From assembly GCA_973851085.1 (NCBI GenBank), contig OZ316775.1, forward strand, positions 2,852,001 through 2,916,000: a stretch of 64,000 bases of DNA, read 5' to 3'. The position numbers were made by a program, and so were the translations under genes. The stretch's first letter is position 1. The number at the start of each line of letters is the position of its first letter. Source of the DNA: Ptychomitrium polyphyllum. Lineage: Eukaryota. Positions 51,647 through 64,000 of this stretch are shown piece after piece. The notes beneath the pieces are model-generated. The model ran no database searches. It saw only the letters and a list, made by a program, of their open reading frames with translations, and was not told the DNA's origin.

Positions 51647-51853
51647 ATTGAAGGCAGGGTATCAAAAGAGGGATTCTACTTTGGTGAAGTCGCCCTTCAT
51701 CTTTGGTGAAATCGCTTGACTTGTCGCGGTGATGCGATGATGTGAGTCTATGTGTTGAATGAGACAATTGGGGATACTCGGAGTGTGATGTACACCAACA
51801 GTTGGAGAGGTTAGTTGGTTGCGGGGGTTTTGGGGTTTGAGGGCGAGTCCATC

Positions 51854-54364
51854 ATGGAGTTGATAGCAGGGGGGAGCAGTTTCGTTGCAAACGTAGCGAG
51901 ATCGAAGGCGTTTAAGTCTTCCGAATGGTTCGGGGTTTGCTTGCGCAGAGAGGATGGGATGCGGAGGCGAGTGGGATTGAGTGGGAAGAAGTTGGGAGGT
52001 GGGGTTCAAGTTGCGTCTTCGGTGTTAACGGATGAGAAGACGCCGGCGCGCGCTGGGAATTTGGGGCCTTATACGGGGCGAGACCCGAGCGTGAAGAAGC
52101 CCGCGTGGTTGCGGCAGCGGGCGCCGCAGGGGGAGAAGCTGGCGAAGCTGAAGGAGAGCATTACCACGTTGAAGCTCAACACTGTTTGCGAGGAAGCGCA
52201 ACATTGGAGAGGTGGGCAGGGTTATGTTGTTTTTCTGCTTGGTGGATTGGCAATGGGCAATGGGCAGTGTGGAGGGACTGGGGATTCAAAAGGGCGACTG
52301 CAGGCTGCGTTGTGTGAAGTGGTTACTAAAGCTCGGCAGTGTGTTTTGGGGATTTGGTCATGGGTTGGTGGTTTAGTGCTGGAACGGTGGCGGAGGAGCA
52401 GGGGGAGAAGGAGATGGCATTGCGACCGCCACCATCATGCTGCTCGGCGACACTTGCCCTCGCGGATGCCGATTCTGTGCAGTTGCCACTAGCAGGAATC
52501 CTGCGCCTGCAGATCCCATGGAACCAGAAAATACAGCAAAGGCTATCGGTAGCTGGGGGTATTCTATCCAAGAACTCTTTCAAATTTCAATGCGTTCTTA
52601 TATTGCAATGTACACTTAATTGGGTTAATCTTTCCTTCTTCGTGAGTTTAAGAAGGGCCTGACATTTCTGAGCCTGACTTTGAGTGAAGGATTTTTTTCT
52701 TGTTTCATTCATGTTGCACCTGAGGTTGGTTTAGGGCTTATGGTTCGCAATAGCCTTTAAGGTCTTTGTTGCTTGTGCGGAAAATCTTAGCCCTGATGAT
52801 TCTTTGTGTTTGTGGAATAATGTGCAGTGTTGAGTATGTAGTGCTAACTAGCGTGGACAGAGATGACATGCCTGATGGTGGAAGTGACCATTTTGCTCGA
52901 ACCGTGATAGCCCTCAAGGTCAGCTCGTTCGTTGCCTCCATTCACGTCTTCTAGCAATTTCTATAAAATTCTGCCTGCCAGTTTTGGAATTGGCTTTTTT
53001 AATTCTGATGTGCACGGTCATGAGTTAGGAACTTAGAAGTAGCCAGAACATTCATTAAGCTACTTATTCTTAGAGTGCTCCTGATTCCATACTGATCTTC
53101 GTTTCAGAATAGAACTATGTCTGAAACGTCTTTCGTTGCAAAGTGGTGATTTATCCTTTCATGAAGCTTATCTGCCGGTGGATGTGGACTTGAGTTGCAG
53201 ACGTTGAAGCCAGATATATTAGTAGAGTGTCTAGTATCTGATTTTAGAGGTAATTTGGACGCCGTCCACCATCTCGCTAGTTCGGGACTGGATGTCTATG
53301 CTCATAATATTGAGACAGTCAAGCGCTTGCAACGGATTGTTCGAGACCCCCGAGCTGGGTACGTCATCTTTCGTGCAGTTTTCAGGGCTATTTTGGTGTT
53401 TCAATTCCAAGGAACTAGTATCATTCACCTTGCGACACCTTTTCATACGGGCCCTTTTTTTTTAAACGATATAATGGTTTGCAGCTACGACCAGAGTATG
53501 GCAGTGTTAAAGCATGCGAAGACTGTGAAGGGGATGGTGACGAAGTCTTCGATAATGCTAGGTCTGGGCGAGCGTGATGAAGAAATTAAGCAAACCATGC
53601 TGGATCTTCGTGATGTTGGAGTGGATATATTCACTTTAGGCCAGTACTTACAGGTGAGGTGATTGAAGTTTGATAGTTTAATTAAGGTGTCATCACTAAG
53701 CATTTTGATCATTTAGGTGAATCTTAGTTGTTCTGTGTCTTCTTTTAGCTGATAGCTGGATAACCAGGCAATATCTTCAGTCTAACTTTTTCTAATTTCA
53801 CCTGGACAGCCGACACCTCTCCACCTTACAGTAAAGGAATATGTGACACTTGAGAAGTTCGAATATTGGAAGCAGTATGGCGAGTCTATTGGTTTCAGAT
53901 ACGTTGCAAGTGGTCCTCTGGTAAGTTATTTCTTGTTATCAATACTTATTTTTAAGTCAGTTTTTTGTGTAATCGTTTCTGCTTTATTCTGATGACCTAG
54001 AGAAACAGCGTTGAGTCCATGCGTTTGACATCAACGGCAAGCAGTTTTTCTGAAAGTATAATGAAGTAAATCATTTGGTGTCTTGAACTTGATTTTACTG
54101 GTTTCATTTGAGTCGGGGCAGGTTATTTCTTTCGTCTCTCTTCAAACTAATTTAGAGGTTGTCATGCTTATCTTATGGATCCAGATTTGAAGCTTGTCAG
54201 TATCACGCTATGTGAGCACTTATGACTTCATTCGTATTATTTGCACAGACTTTTCTTGCTTCTTAAGCTGATCTCATTCCCTGTAGGTCCGATCTTCCTA
54301 TCGAGCTGGAGAATTCTTCATTGAAAGTATGATTCGAGAGGAACGGACGAACGCTGGGCCGTAA
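51854..54364 (+). pseudogene. LIP1P: Lipoyl synthase, plastid type (radical SAM), frameshifted in exon 1
   Basis: Exons 51854-52211, 52377-52558, 52828-52918, 53201-53358, 53485-53653, 53810-53920, 54287-54364. Motifs: transit-like N-terminus, [11 protein letters not shown], CxxxCxxC (CPRGCRFC), [29 protein letters not shown]. Exon 1 lacks 8 nt in the VCEEAQCPNIGECW motif. Confidence 0.88.
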
Positions 54365-55312
54365 TTCAGGCATTGATGTTTGATGTTTGTAAGCTGAGCA
54401 CATGCCTACGAAAATTTGAAGGTATCACGTGGCATGCAGCAGTTACAGAAGTCTTGACCTTAGAGGCTTGAAGGAAACTTGACCTAAGTGGAAGCTCAAT
54501 AGAGTGTAGCTTGTTTGAAGTTAGTTACCTTTCATACTTTGGGGTCGATGCCCAGGTGGCAACCTCACTGTCCCAACCACAATTGCTGAGGACCCACGTG
54601 AGTACCCATACATTCTTTGTGCTGTATGCACCCTTCTCTAAACATTTTGGTTCTTTGAATTGCAACATGGGTTTACTGGATTGACTTGCACCTCACAAGT
54701 TGAACTCTAATAGCGTAGATACATTGCCTGGTGTAACAGTTGCAACTGGCAACAACAATCCACTGGTGCTGCAAGCAAGCACGGTTTCGGTTTCACATCT
54801 CTGAACTATACCACTACACATAAACGTGCAATTACTGTGTCTTGGAATTACTGTGGGCTCCGGTATCTTCAGATTTAGCAAGATTTCTTCTAAAGAATTG
54901 TATTTCTTGTAAAGATGAGCAATATCTCTTCAATCAAAAGAAATTCATTTGCATAGAATTTGGCTAAAGTTGATACAGCAATCTTTTACAATTGATTTCC
55001 TTAAGAACTCATTATGTGTTTTTTTCTCAAATTCAGAAAAGATGTATATGAACTGTATATGAATACACGCTTCTAAGCTTTGAAAATGTTTCTTAATATT
55101 TCGCACACTTTAAATTTGAAAAAACTCTAAAAGGCACCTATTTCTGGTGTGAACTTTTTTTACAATAAAGAAAACAGGCAACCGAGTATGGGCGACCTTG
55201 CAGACGCGGAGAAGCGGTGGTGGAGCTCAAGGCGACAGCCTAGTAGCGTGTTTTGTTTCCTCGCAGCTTAAGTTGTGTTGTTTTGTTCACTACAGGAGCC
55301 TCAGAGTCCATT

Positions 55313-55494
55313 GGCCCATGTCCCAAGCTTGTAAGGTGTGCACTCGTTGCGCCTTGCATTCCATCTTGGTACTATCCCAAGCAGCAGTTCCATTCCCGCT
55401 TCCAGTAGTAGGAGTGACTTACTTTGCGCACAGAGACCAAAACATTTTGTTGTGGCATTAGGATTTTAGTGTGCCCAGCATCTTATTAGGGTTT
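55313..55494. promoter_or_regulatory. Site II plus telo-box pair, probable promoter of the NAC-beta gene
   Basis: GGCCCA at 55313 and TTAGGGTTT at 55486. This combination is typical of plant translation-machinery genes. Confidence 0.4.
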
Positions 55495-56124
55495 TAAAGC
55501 TTAACGAGCTCATGTTTCTGTTTCCATGAAGCAATGGAGGGGATTTGTGGCGCCAATTTGTCGGTTTGAGTAATCTTTTGGTTACTAGAGGAGGAAGAGC
55601 TGTGGACGAAGACGGGAATCAAGAGTCTGTTGGGGTAGTGCTAGTACATATGCTATGGAGACGTGGATAGCGCGTGCTGCTCTTAATGCCTTCTCAAGTT
55701 AGATTTTTGTTACCACTGAGTGGATTTAGTGGTATAAAAAGTTTGAGTTGGATTTCTAATGTGTGAGCTTGTTTAGGTTGGGAGCTCTTTCGTTTTTGAA
55801 CTACCATGGAGTTCTTGGGATTGTGAGGTGAATTGTAAAATGGTTGTTCTCGTTGTTTAGAACATTGTGGTTTCTCTTGGTAGAGTTTTTGGACCATTCA
55901 GTAGAGTGAATGCTTTACATTCATTGTTATCTCGAAATTTCGAGATAACATCTTGAAATTGTGGAGTCTGTATAGGAGCCATTGTTCTGTTGAACTCAGT
56001 TGTGTACAGGATTGTGGACAGTGTTGAGTAGACTTTATTAGGCGTTGGAGAGATGTCTTGTTTCTGAGTCTTGGAGTTGATTTAAATGTTGCATTTGATT
56101 GAAATGAATGGGTTCTGAAAGCAG

Positions 56125-58333
56125 ATGAATACGGAGAAACTGATGTAGATGGCCACTGCCGTGCGCACTGGTGGCAAGGGCAATGTTAGGAGGTTAGTAT
56201 GTTCGTACGTTGGTACTCGTGGAAGATCTTCTTTTGTGAATTTTGGAGGTCTATATATCATATCACACAATGTTGTGTATCCATTTTATCTAGCCACGCT
56301 GAATTTTACTAGGTTCACAGAAAAAAGAAAGCCGTACTCAAATTGACCACCACCGACAACAAAAAGTTGCAAAGCACTTTGAAGAGACTCGAAGTGAACA
56401 CCATCCCGGGGATTGAAGAGGTCAAGTTATTCCCAAAGGTATGATTTTTTGTGCAATTTAATTATTTTTGTGATGTTCCAAAAACGTCATTTGTAGCGCT
56501 TGTGTCTAATTTTTTGTCAACGTGCGTTTATGCAATGCAAGGTTCTATTGTTGCAAACACATGGGTGGTGAGCGGTGTCGTGCTGTAAATATTTATATGG
56601 CTTAAAACTTAATTAATATGTATTATTTTGTAGATTTTGATTTATTGTGTTTTAAAAAGGAGTACAATGATAAAAATAAAAAAAAGTTAAGTGAAAAGGA
56701 TCATGGTGAAACCACGGTTTTGAATGTCTTGGAGGTAGAATTGCATCTTGTCTTAGTTCAAGGTGAAGGCGCCGGTTGACAATATTATTTTCCTGCCTGC
56801 CATTCTCACTAGCAGTACTAAACCTAGTGCCGCCATCCCAGTTAACAAATCCAACGAGAATCAAATTCGGACCAATTTTGCAACTGAATTTCATCCAGTC
56901 AACCAAGTTCGTAGCTTGTTGTTTGATTCTGCCTCAATAGTGACTTTATATTCATTGAACTTCAATATTTTTCTTATTTTCTTCTTTTTATTTTAGTTTT
57001 AGTTTCCTACTTTAGATTTGCGAAGATTGGTTTTATCTTCCTTTATAGTTTGGAATCAAAAAGTTTCAACCTAAAAGAAAGAAAAGAAAAAAAAGTAAAA
57101 GAAAATGATTTAGGTTGTTTTTTATTTGAAGATATGGTTAAGATTTGGTAAAAGAGATTAGGGGTTGATGTGGAGTGATAAAAGGCAGATATAGCGGTTT
57201 GACCACCACTTTCTTCTACTTTCTTGGCCTCTTTCACGTATTACTTAAGGTAGCCTTTTCTTTAGCCATATCTCATAGTACACTTTTTAACTTGAATTGA
57301 TTTTTGTTGGGTTTTCTTTTTTTCTTTATTAGCTCTTCAAAATGTTATCACATGCTCTATTTGAAATTAGTATGTGATTGTGGCTCTAGTTTGAGTGAAG
57401 TTGAGTCAGCTGCCTTGAGTTTCAGGGAGCAGTTGCTTTGGGTGCTTATAACTTTTTGTATGTTTAGAATTTGATAATGAAATTTAGAGGATAGAATTTT
57501 AACTACTTTAACATGATATTATAAAAATTTGGAGAAAAAAATGCTTATATAATGGAAGATATAAGAAAAATTATAGTCGGGACTTTGAGAGTTGTACACA
57601 GCGGAGTTGGGGTTGTACATTTTGAGCCATAACAAAAGATTGAAGGATTTCTGAGGTTGATATTTTGGTGAAGTGTTTATTATAAGATAAATAATGTATA
57701 TGTAAATTTTCAAGTCTAGATTTGAAATATAAGGGAAGTTATGAAGTAGTAAAATAGATGAGGTTCACAAGCTGTTGCAGTGGAAAGTGAGAACTTTAAA
57801 AACATGGTTCTTAATGTTTTTAGTTGCTATGGATATAAAAATATTACCGTACTTTTATAGATGCCTTAAAAACATAGAGTCAAAATATCAGGTTCATTTA
57901 ACTTTTATAATAAGAAATATGAGCAAAATTGTAATTGAGTTTATGATGGCAATATGTAATTATGGTTTGAATTTAAATTGTGATCTTTAGAAAGCTTAAA
58001 AAGTATGATCAAAGAACTCTTTCACTTAGATAACTAGGTAAGTACCATCTTGTTAACTTGTTGGGTGATTAGTAGCAACCAGAGGCCTAATGCTTTCTCA
58101 AAGCAAGGCTTTTTTAGCACAACAATGGGCCTTTCTAGACGAAGAAGCTCCAAGACATCTTGCCCAGTTTCATGAACCAGCTGGGACCTGACAACTCGGC
58201 AAATTTGAAGAAACTTGCTTAACAGTTCTAGAAGAAGGGCAATTATGGAAGAACTGTAGAGGATGACAATAAAGATATGCTGGAGTTAGTAGGAGAGACA
58301 TTTGAGGAAGCTGCCAAAGAAGAAGCGTTCTAA
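56125..58333 (+). pseudogene. BTF3: NAC beta subunit / BTF3 pseudogene interrupted by a solo LTR
   Basis: Reads MNTEKLM*MATAVRTGGKGNVRR / KKKAV...[19 protein letters not shown] / SIVANTWVVSG [LTR] ..TKKLQDILP..MNQLGPDN...ELVGETFEEAA. It has multiple stops, a deletion in exon 2 and a damaged acceptor; introns are retained. Confidence 0.93.
56576..58124 (+). mobile_element. Solo LTR, family B (1549 bp)
   Basis: Inverted termini TGTCGTGCTG...TAGCACAACA. It splits the BTF3 exon at VSG/P, with a decayed 4-bp duplication gcgg/atgg. Confidence 0.9.
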
Positions 58334-58425
58334 GTAGGTAACAATGGCCATTGTAGATCTCCTTTAACCAGCTCTATCTGATGTTAGTGCATTGTTCTTG
58401 CACAAGTACACTTCTAATATTGAAT

Positions 58426-58626
58426 AGGGCTTTCACTAAATTCTAGATCCCAAAGTTGAGGGGAGGTATTCCATTCCAATGTATTTATGGCTTCAAATTT
58501 TGGGTATCATTGTCAGTAACAGAATGATGTCCAAAATTTGAAGCCATAAATACATTAAGATGGGCATTTCTCCATGAATTTGGTGGTTGAGAGTTTTCTA
58601 AAAAGTCCAGATTCAGTGAAAACCCT
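58426..58626. repeat. Fold-back inverted repeat (MITE-like hairpin)
   Basis: Core 34-bp arms at 58478-58511 and 58523-58556 with 2 mismatches and an 11-nt loop, plus weaker outer arms. Confidence 0.75.
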
Positions 58627-59020
58627 CTTCTTGTTGCATGGCATATCAATCCAACCTTTATCTTGTCGAATATTAATGTGTAAATTGTCTTTTTTGTCTA
58701 TAGTTATTATATGAATTATGTTTACAACTTGAATGTCTTGTTTAAGCTTAACGCTTCATCGTCTAAGCCATCTGGCTTTGAATTCCATTACCTTTCAGCC
58801 TTTTATTTTGTACACCAAAAAACAAAGCCTTTACATACATTTTCTTGACATATATTATCCTAAACTTTAGGTGGTGTACTCATCTGTTCATATAGCTATG
58901 TTAAAGTTTGCAATATGTTAAAAGTAGAAATAGTGTCTCTAAAAATTTTGGCACAGCTATGAAAAAGATGAGAAGTTAGCTTGACTTTCAGTGGATTAAG
59001 GCTCTGTGGGTTGCCTTTGT

Positions 59021-60184
59021 TGTTGCAACCCTTGAAATGCACCTTAACAAACGTCATACGCGTCAACCCTGTATACCCCCATATGCACATGGTTAACTTT
59101 TATTTTCACTCTTCAAGTCTCAAACTTGGTTTCCAATTCTCCCTACCATTTCTCTTTGGACACCCAATTAATTGGTAGCCAATGGTTAAGTGCGGACTTC
59201 CATTCATGTCCAAGGCCTCATTTGGTGTTATTTCCATTCCACACAACCTAACCGCACTTAGTGGTGTCTCCTCACCATCACTCATGATTCAAATGTGATT
59301 TTAAGATCACCCAGGGCCATCATGGTGCTGACGTGAAGACACCACTCCAACTTAATGACAACAAGCATGCCCTTTTGATCTCACTAATTCCCTTCATGAA
59401 ACTGGTCATCCACCGGCTCACAATGGTGTGGGAGTCCCCGTGGTGAAGCCCCAACACTAGCTTCACCAATCGGAACTCACCTTTGGTTTCTATCGGGACA
59501 CTAGGAGAGTGGGAAGGAGAAACGACCCTCTTCTATAGTACTCTTTGTGGGATTCGGCAGGCCTCCTAGCCCTCTGTAGCTTGCTGAACCCCGATACACC
59601 AAAACTTTGGAAGACCACCCGATCTCCCTTAAGACTTAGCCGCTGGAAGCTTCCGGGACTTCTTGCGGACCTTTAGGGAGCCATATCTTCCACGTTTGAT
59701 GTCCGAATCTCTCAAACAACCACTTTATTGTCATCTATTCTTTGCGTAGATGCCAATAAGCTCCTCAAACGTCCAATTTGACTTAGTATTTTGGAAGATA
59801 TGCCTCTCTTAAGGTTCGGAACTCCCAGGGAGTCCCTCCTTGTACTGTCCTAGTCCAATACAGTCACCGTCTAGGGCTGCTACAATCCTGAACAGCCCCT
59901 TGGCAGCCCCAACTTTGGAATGCCATATCTTTTAGCTCCCTTCACCAATTTGAGCAATCTTTAGCATTCTAGAATCAACTCGTTCTGAGTCTTCCAGTGC
60001 CTACAATTTCTCCCTTGTGGCCCTCGGTCTACATAGGTAAGGATATTTCTCCTCCTTAGGATCTTTCCCACGCTAGGCCTACTCGGGCCACTTCACCATA
60101 GGTGCCACAAGTTCCGGACGTCACTCTGAGATCCCCCTTGTAGCCTTAGTGTTGTGGGCATTCTTGTAGGAGAGATGTGCGACA
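59021..60184 (-). mobile_element. Solo LTR, gypsy family A
   Basis: Termini TGTTGC...GCGACA, flanks tttgt/tgtgt (1 mismatch), collinear with 23982-25126. Confidence 0.92.
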
Positions 60185-61187
60185 TGTGTGGTGTAAAGCT
60201 TGTAGAATCTCTGGTGCCTGGGAAGTATAATATGAATGACGTGTTTGCTTTTTTAGAATAATTTGATGAACTAATTGCTAAAAAAATAAATGGATGCAAG
60301 TTTGAGTAAATAACAAAGTGGTAATTCTAACTACATGTATCATGACAGTTGGAGAAATTTTAGCGTGGTAGGCTTAGCTCATACCGTTTATGGTAGCAAA
60401 AGTACCATGCATTGTGGCATCATAGTGAAAAGGGAAGGATGAATTGACTAAGTGAATAGGATATTGCTTGTATGTTATACCCTTATGCACAATACAATTT
60501 ACAATGAGCACAAAGCATACAAGGTGGATTACCTACATAATGAGAAAGCTAGGAAAATTTAAACCTTGTGATCTTGAATTTATAAGTTTCAATTCCCGCT
60601 TTGCATCATATACAGTCCTTTTGCAGAAGTCGGCCATAATGGGTAGTATCGTTCCATTTTCTTCAGTTAAAGAAAAATAGTTGGTGCATGCAATTTTGCA
60701 AGGAAGCATCAGATTCCACTCTTCTGCGCCAACGTAGCACTCCACACTTAGACAATGTACTTTGTCATAGTGGCAAATCCTTTTATTATTGGAATTTGAA
60801 GCTAAATTAAATACTTCCACCTCGGCCGAGGTTTGCTCTGGCAGCAATTCTCTGGTTTTTGACTGGGCATTCTATACTGTCATAGTCTGATTGTTGAGGA
60901 CCTTGGCTGCTACTTGGGTATTGCAAGGATTTTGTACTAGACAAGCTTTTGCCCTGCGGTATTTGAAGCACTAAGCTAAACTCCTTATTTCGGACTTATC
61001 ACTCCAATTGCTCATTTAAATATGTGATCCAGGAACATTGTCAAAGCTTATGCCATACCACTAACTGATAATTAGAGCCTTTTTTAAAACATAAAAGAAC
61101 TAGTAATTAGACGTAGCTTTGTGATTTTACCTGAATCTTCAGTTGCATTGCTGCAGTGTCATCCCCATTAATATAAGCTGCTACTAC

Positions 61188-64000
61188 TGTCGCGCACCTC
61201 TCCTTGAGGAATGCCCGCAACACTAAGGGCACAAGGGGGACCCCGGAGTGATGTCCGGGACTTGTGGCGCCGATAGTGAGGGGAACCGAGTGGGCCTAGC
61301 GTGGGAAGGACCCCTAGAGGTAGAAACATCCTTGCCCATATAGATCGAGGGCCACGGGGATATTTCATGGGCATTGGAGGAATCACAAAGAGCTGATTCT
61401 AAAATGCTAAAGATTGCTCAAATCGGACAAGGGAGCTAAAAGTTATGGCATCCCAAAATTGGGGTTGCCAAGAGGCTGTTTTGGACTGTGGCAGCCCTAC
61501 ACAGTGACTGTACTGGACTAGGACAGTCCAGGGAGGTACTCCTGAGGAGCCCCGAACCTTGGGAGAGGCATATCTTCCAGAGGATTAACTCAAAGCAGAT
61601 GTTTGAGGAGTTTATCGGCAACTACGCAAAGAGTAGATGACGATAGAATGGTCGCTCATTACATTCGGGCATCGAACGAGGAAGATATGGCTCCCTAAAG
61701 GTCCACTGGGAGTTCCAGAGGCTTCTAGCGGCTGAGTCCCAAGGGAGATCGGGTGGTCTTCCAAAACTTTGGGTGTGTAGGAGTTCAGCCAACTACAGAG
61801 GGCCAGGGGGCCTGCCGAATCCAACAGAGAGTACTATAGGGGAGGGCTGGTCCTCCTGTTCACTTCCCTAGTGTCCCAGTAGAGACTAAGGATGAGTCCC
61901 GGATGGTAGAGCTAGTATTGGGGCTTCACCACGAGGACTCCCACACCATTGTGAGCCGGAAGATGGCTGGTTTCACGAAGGGAACTAGCACATTTAAAAG
62001 GGTACGCTTGTTACCACTAAGTTCGGGTGGTGTCTTCACATCGGCACTATGATGGCCCGGGGTGATCTTAGGATCACATGGGAATCATGAGTGGTGGTGA
62101 GGAAACACCACTAAGTGCGGTTAGGCCGTGTGGAATGGGAGTAACACGAAGTGAGGCCTTGGACATGAATGGAAGTTCGCACCTAACCATTGCCTACCAA
62201 CTAATTGGATGTCCTAACAAATGATAGAAAGACTTAGAAAGTGAGAATGGGGATTAACCATGTGCATGTGAGGGTGTACAGGGTTGACGTGCATAACGCT
62301 TGCTAAGATACATTACAAGGGTTGCGACATTTGGTATTAGAGCAGGCTTTGAGTATCCAAGTGCTACGTTACAAGGAGGCTATGAGTAAGAAGAAGGCCG
62401 CTGATGGCGGTGAGCTCGGGGCCTCTAAACGACTACGCACGAGGGTGAACATAGACCCCGATCCGATTAGTGAGGCTCCATCCTTTGATTCCAATGAGCA
62501 AGGGAATGACATTGGAGTCACCGAGGAAGTTGAGGAAACTCAATAAGACGAAGCGTTGGAGGGTGGAGAGTATTTAGGGCTAGGATTCCTAAGCCACCTA
62601 AAGGCCTAGAAAGTCAGGACCGTGACTTAAGTTTTTGCATGAAAATGCTCAAGTTCATGGATGGTGTGAACCAATAACTCAAGCGTGGCAAAGAAAAAAG
62701 GACTTGTCAAGAGAGGTTGATTAAGTATTTGATGGCACAAGGTTCCAAGTCCTCATCTTTGACCAAGAAGTTGGCCAAAGTAAACATGCCAAGCACTTTT
62801 TTTGGGCTAGGTAAAGCGAGGAAGGTGAAGGAATTTCTTTTGGAATTTGACAACTATTATGATGTTCAAAAGCCGGAAGAGGTGGACAAAGTTTCAATTG
62901 CGGTGACCTTTTTGAAAGACCATGCTCTTCAATGGTGGACAAGTAAAAAAGAGCAAGAGCCGGAGTTGATGGCGACTTTGTCTTGGGTCGGTTTTAAGCA
63001 GATTTTGAGTGAACGCTTCACTCCAAAATACCAAGAGTTGAGGGAAGGCATGAACTTGGTGCAAATAAGGCACAACGAGTCGCTCAAGACTTATGAACAA
63101 GATTTCAACGTCCAAATGAATGCCACATTCAAAATGGATGAGTTTTCAAAGAAATGCATCTTTTTGGGTGGGCTTCAAAAGTGGGTGGTGGACGCCTTGT
63201 TTAAATTTCCAAAGCTTTCGGAGGATGTGGCGGGAATCATTAAGATTGCGGAAAGAATTGAAGCCGACGGACCCGAAAGAAAATCAAGTGGTTCCTTTCA
63301 ACAAAGTACATTGAGCCAAAATGTATCTCGCAACAGAAAACGCAAGAAATTTGGCTTTGGAAACAAATATAAGGGACAAGTAGATGAAAGGGCCTACAAC
63401 AAAGTGGACCATCATGAGAGAAAACCATTCAAATTGGGAGATAAGAGTGCTAAGGTGAAGCACAAGCGTTGCTACGGGTGTGGCAAGATTGGTCACTTCA
63501 TTGCAGAATGCCCCAATAAAAAGGTGAGTACCAAAGCTTGTCACACTTGTGTTGTGGATTACATTATAGAAGGTGGATTTGTGACCAAGGCTAGTAGCCT
63601 TAAGCCAAGGTCAAGTCTCTTATACCTTGAGGCCCAAATAAATGGCAAAAATGTCTCATGTTTGATTGACACAGGGGCAACGCACTCCTTCATGAGTTCC
63701 AAGCTAGCAAGGGAGTTGGGCTTGTTAGCTCAAAAAGCTAGCAAGCCCATCAACGTGCAATTTGCAAAAGGCAAACCGTACAAGACGAAGGAGGTGGTGT
63801 TGGATGTGGCCTTAAGTAGTGGAGCACTCGAGTTGAGAAAAAGTTTTACACTATGTGAGATGGATGAGGTAGACCTCATTTTAGGTGATACCTTTTTTGA
63901 AACTCATGTGGTGGATGTGAAGCGAAGGCCAGCACGGTTAGTAGTGCGCCGTGGTGGGAAGGAGACAATATTGAAGTTGACTAGAACTCCTATGGCTGCA
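61188..64000 (+). mobile_element. Ty3/gypsy element family A, 5' part (runs off the window)
   Basis: 5' LTR 61188-62329 (TGTCGC...GCGACA) and tRNA-iMet-type PBS TGGTATTAGAGC at 62332-62343. Decayed gag (LKDHALQWW), knuckle CYGCGKIGHFIAEC and protease LIDTGATHSF. Confidence 0.93.

Noticed and set aside
51815..52492. 225-aa ORF as a novel protein with an Arg/His-rich tail
   Set aside because: It results from the lipoyl synthase frameshift reading through intron 1 and exon 2 out of frame.
60533..60847. 104-aa - strand ORF between two LTRs
   Set aside because: Non-ATG start, and no recognisable motif or exon structure.

Overview
Eukaryotic nuclear DNA from a land plant, most likely a moss; this is inferred from the gene set, intron style and retrotransposon types, not from a database match. 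The left arm (1-20.1 kb) holds four intron-containing + strand genes: the 3' part of BABAM2/BRE, site-1 protease (SBT6.1/S1P), a GH29 alpha-L-fucosidase-like gene and a short ANGUSTIFOLIA/CtBP-like gene. The middle (22.9-46.6 kb) is a decayed - strand array of roughly 50 72-bp (24-aa) leucine-rich repeats. It is cut into five pieces by nested Ty3/gypsy and Ty1/copia elements and solo LTRs from at least five families. The right arm has a prolyl 4-hydroxylase (-) head-to-head with a plastid-type lipoyl synthase (+, frameshifted), an LTR-disrupted NAC-beta/BTF3 pseudogene, another solo LTR and the 5' part of a gypsy element. The most notable observations are the orphan LRR array, a GH29 with several replaced fucose-pocket residues, a near-identical inverted LTR+PBS+leader pair, an 8-bp deletion in the lipoyl synthase Fe-S motif and a mitochondrial rRNA fragment in an intron. 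I found no firmly supported novel system. All coordinates and alignments were read by eye.
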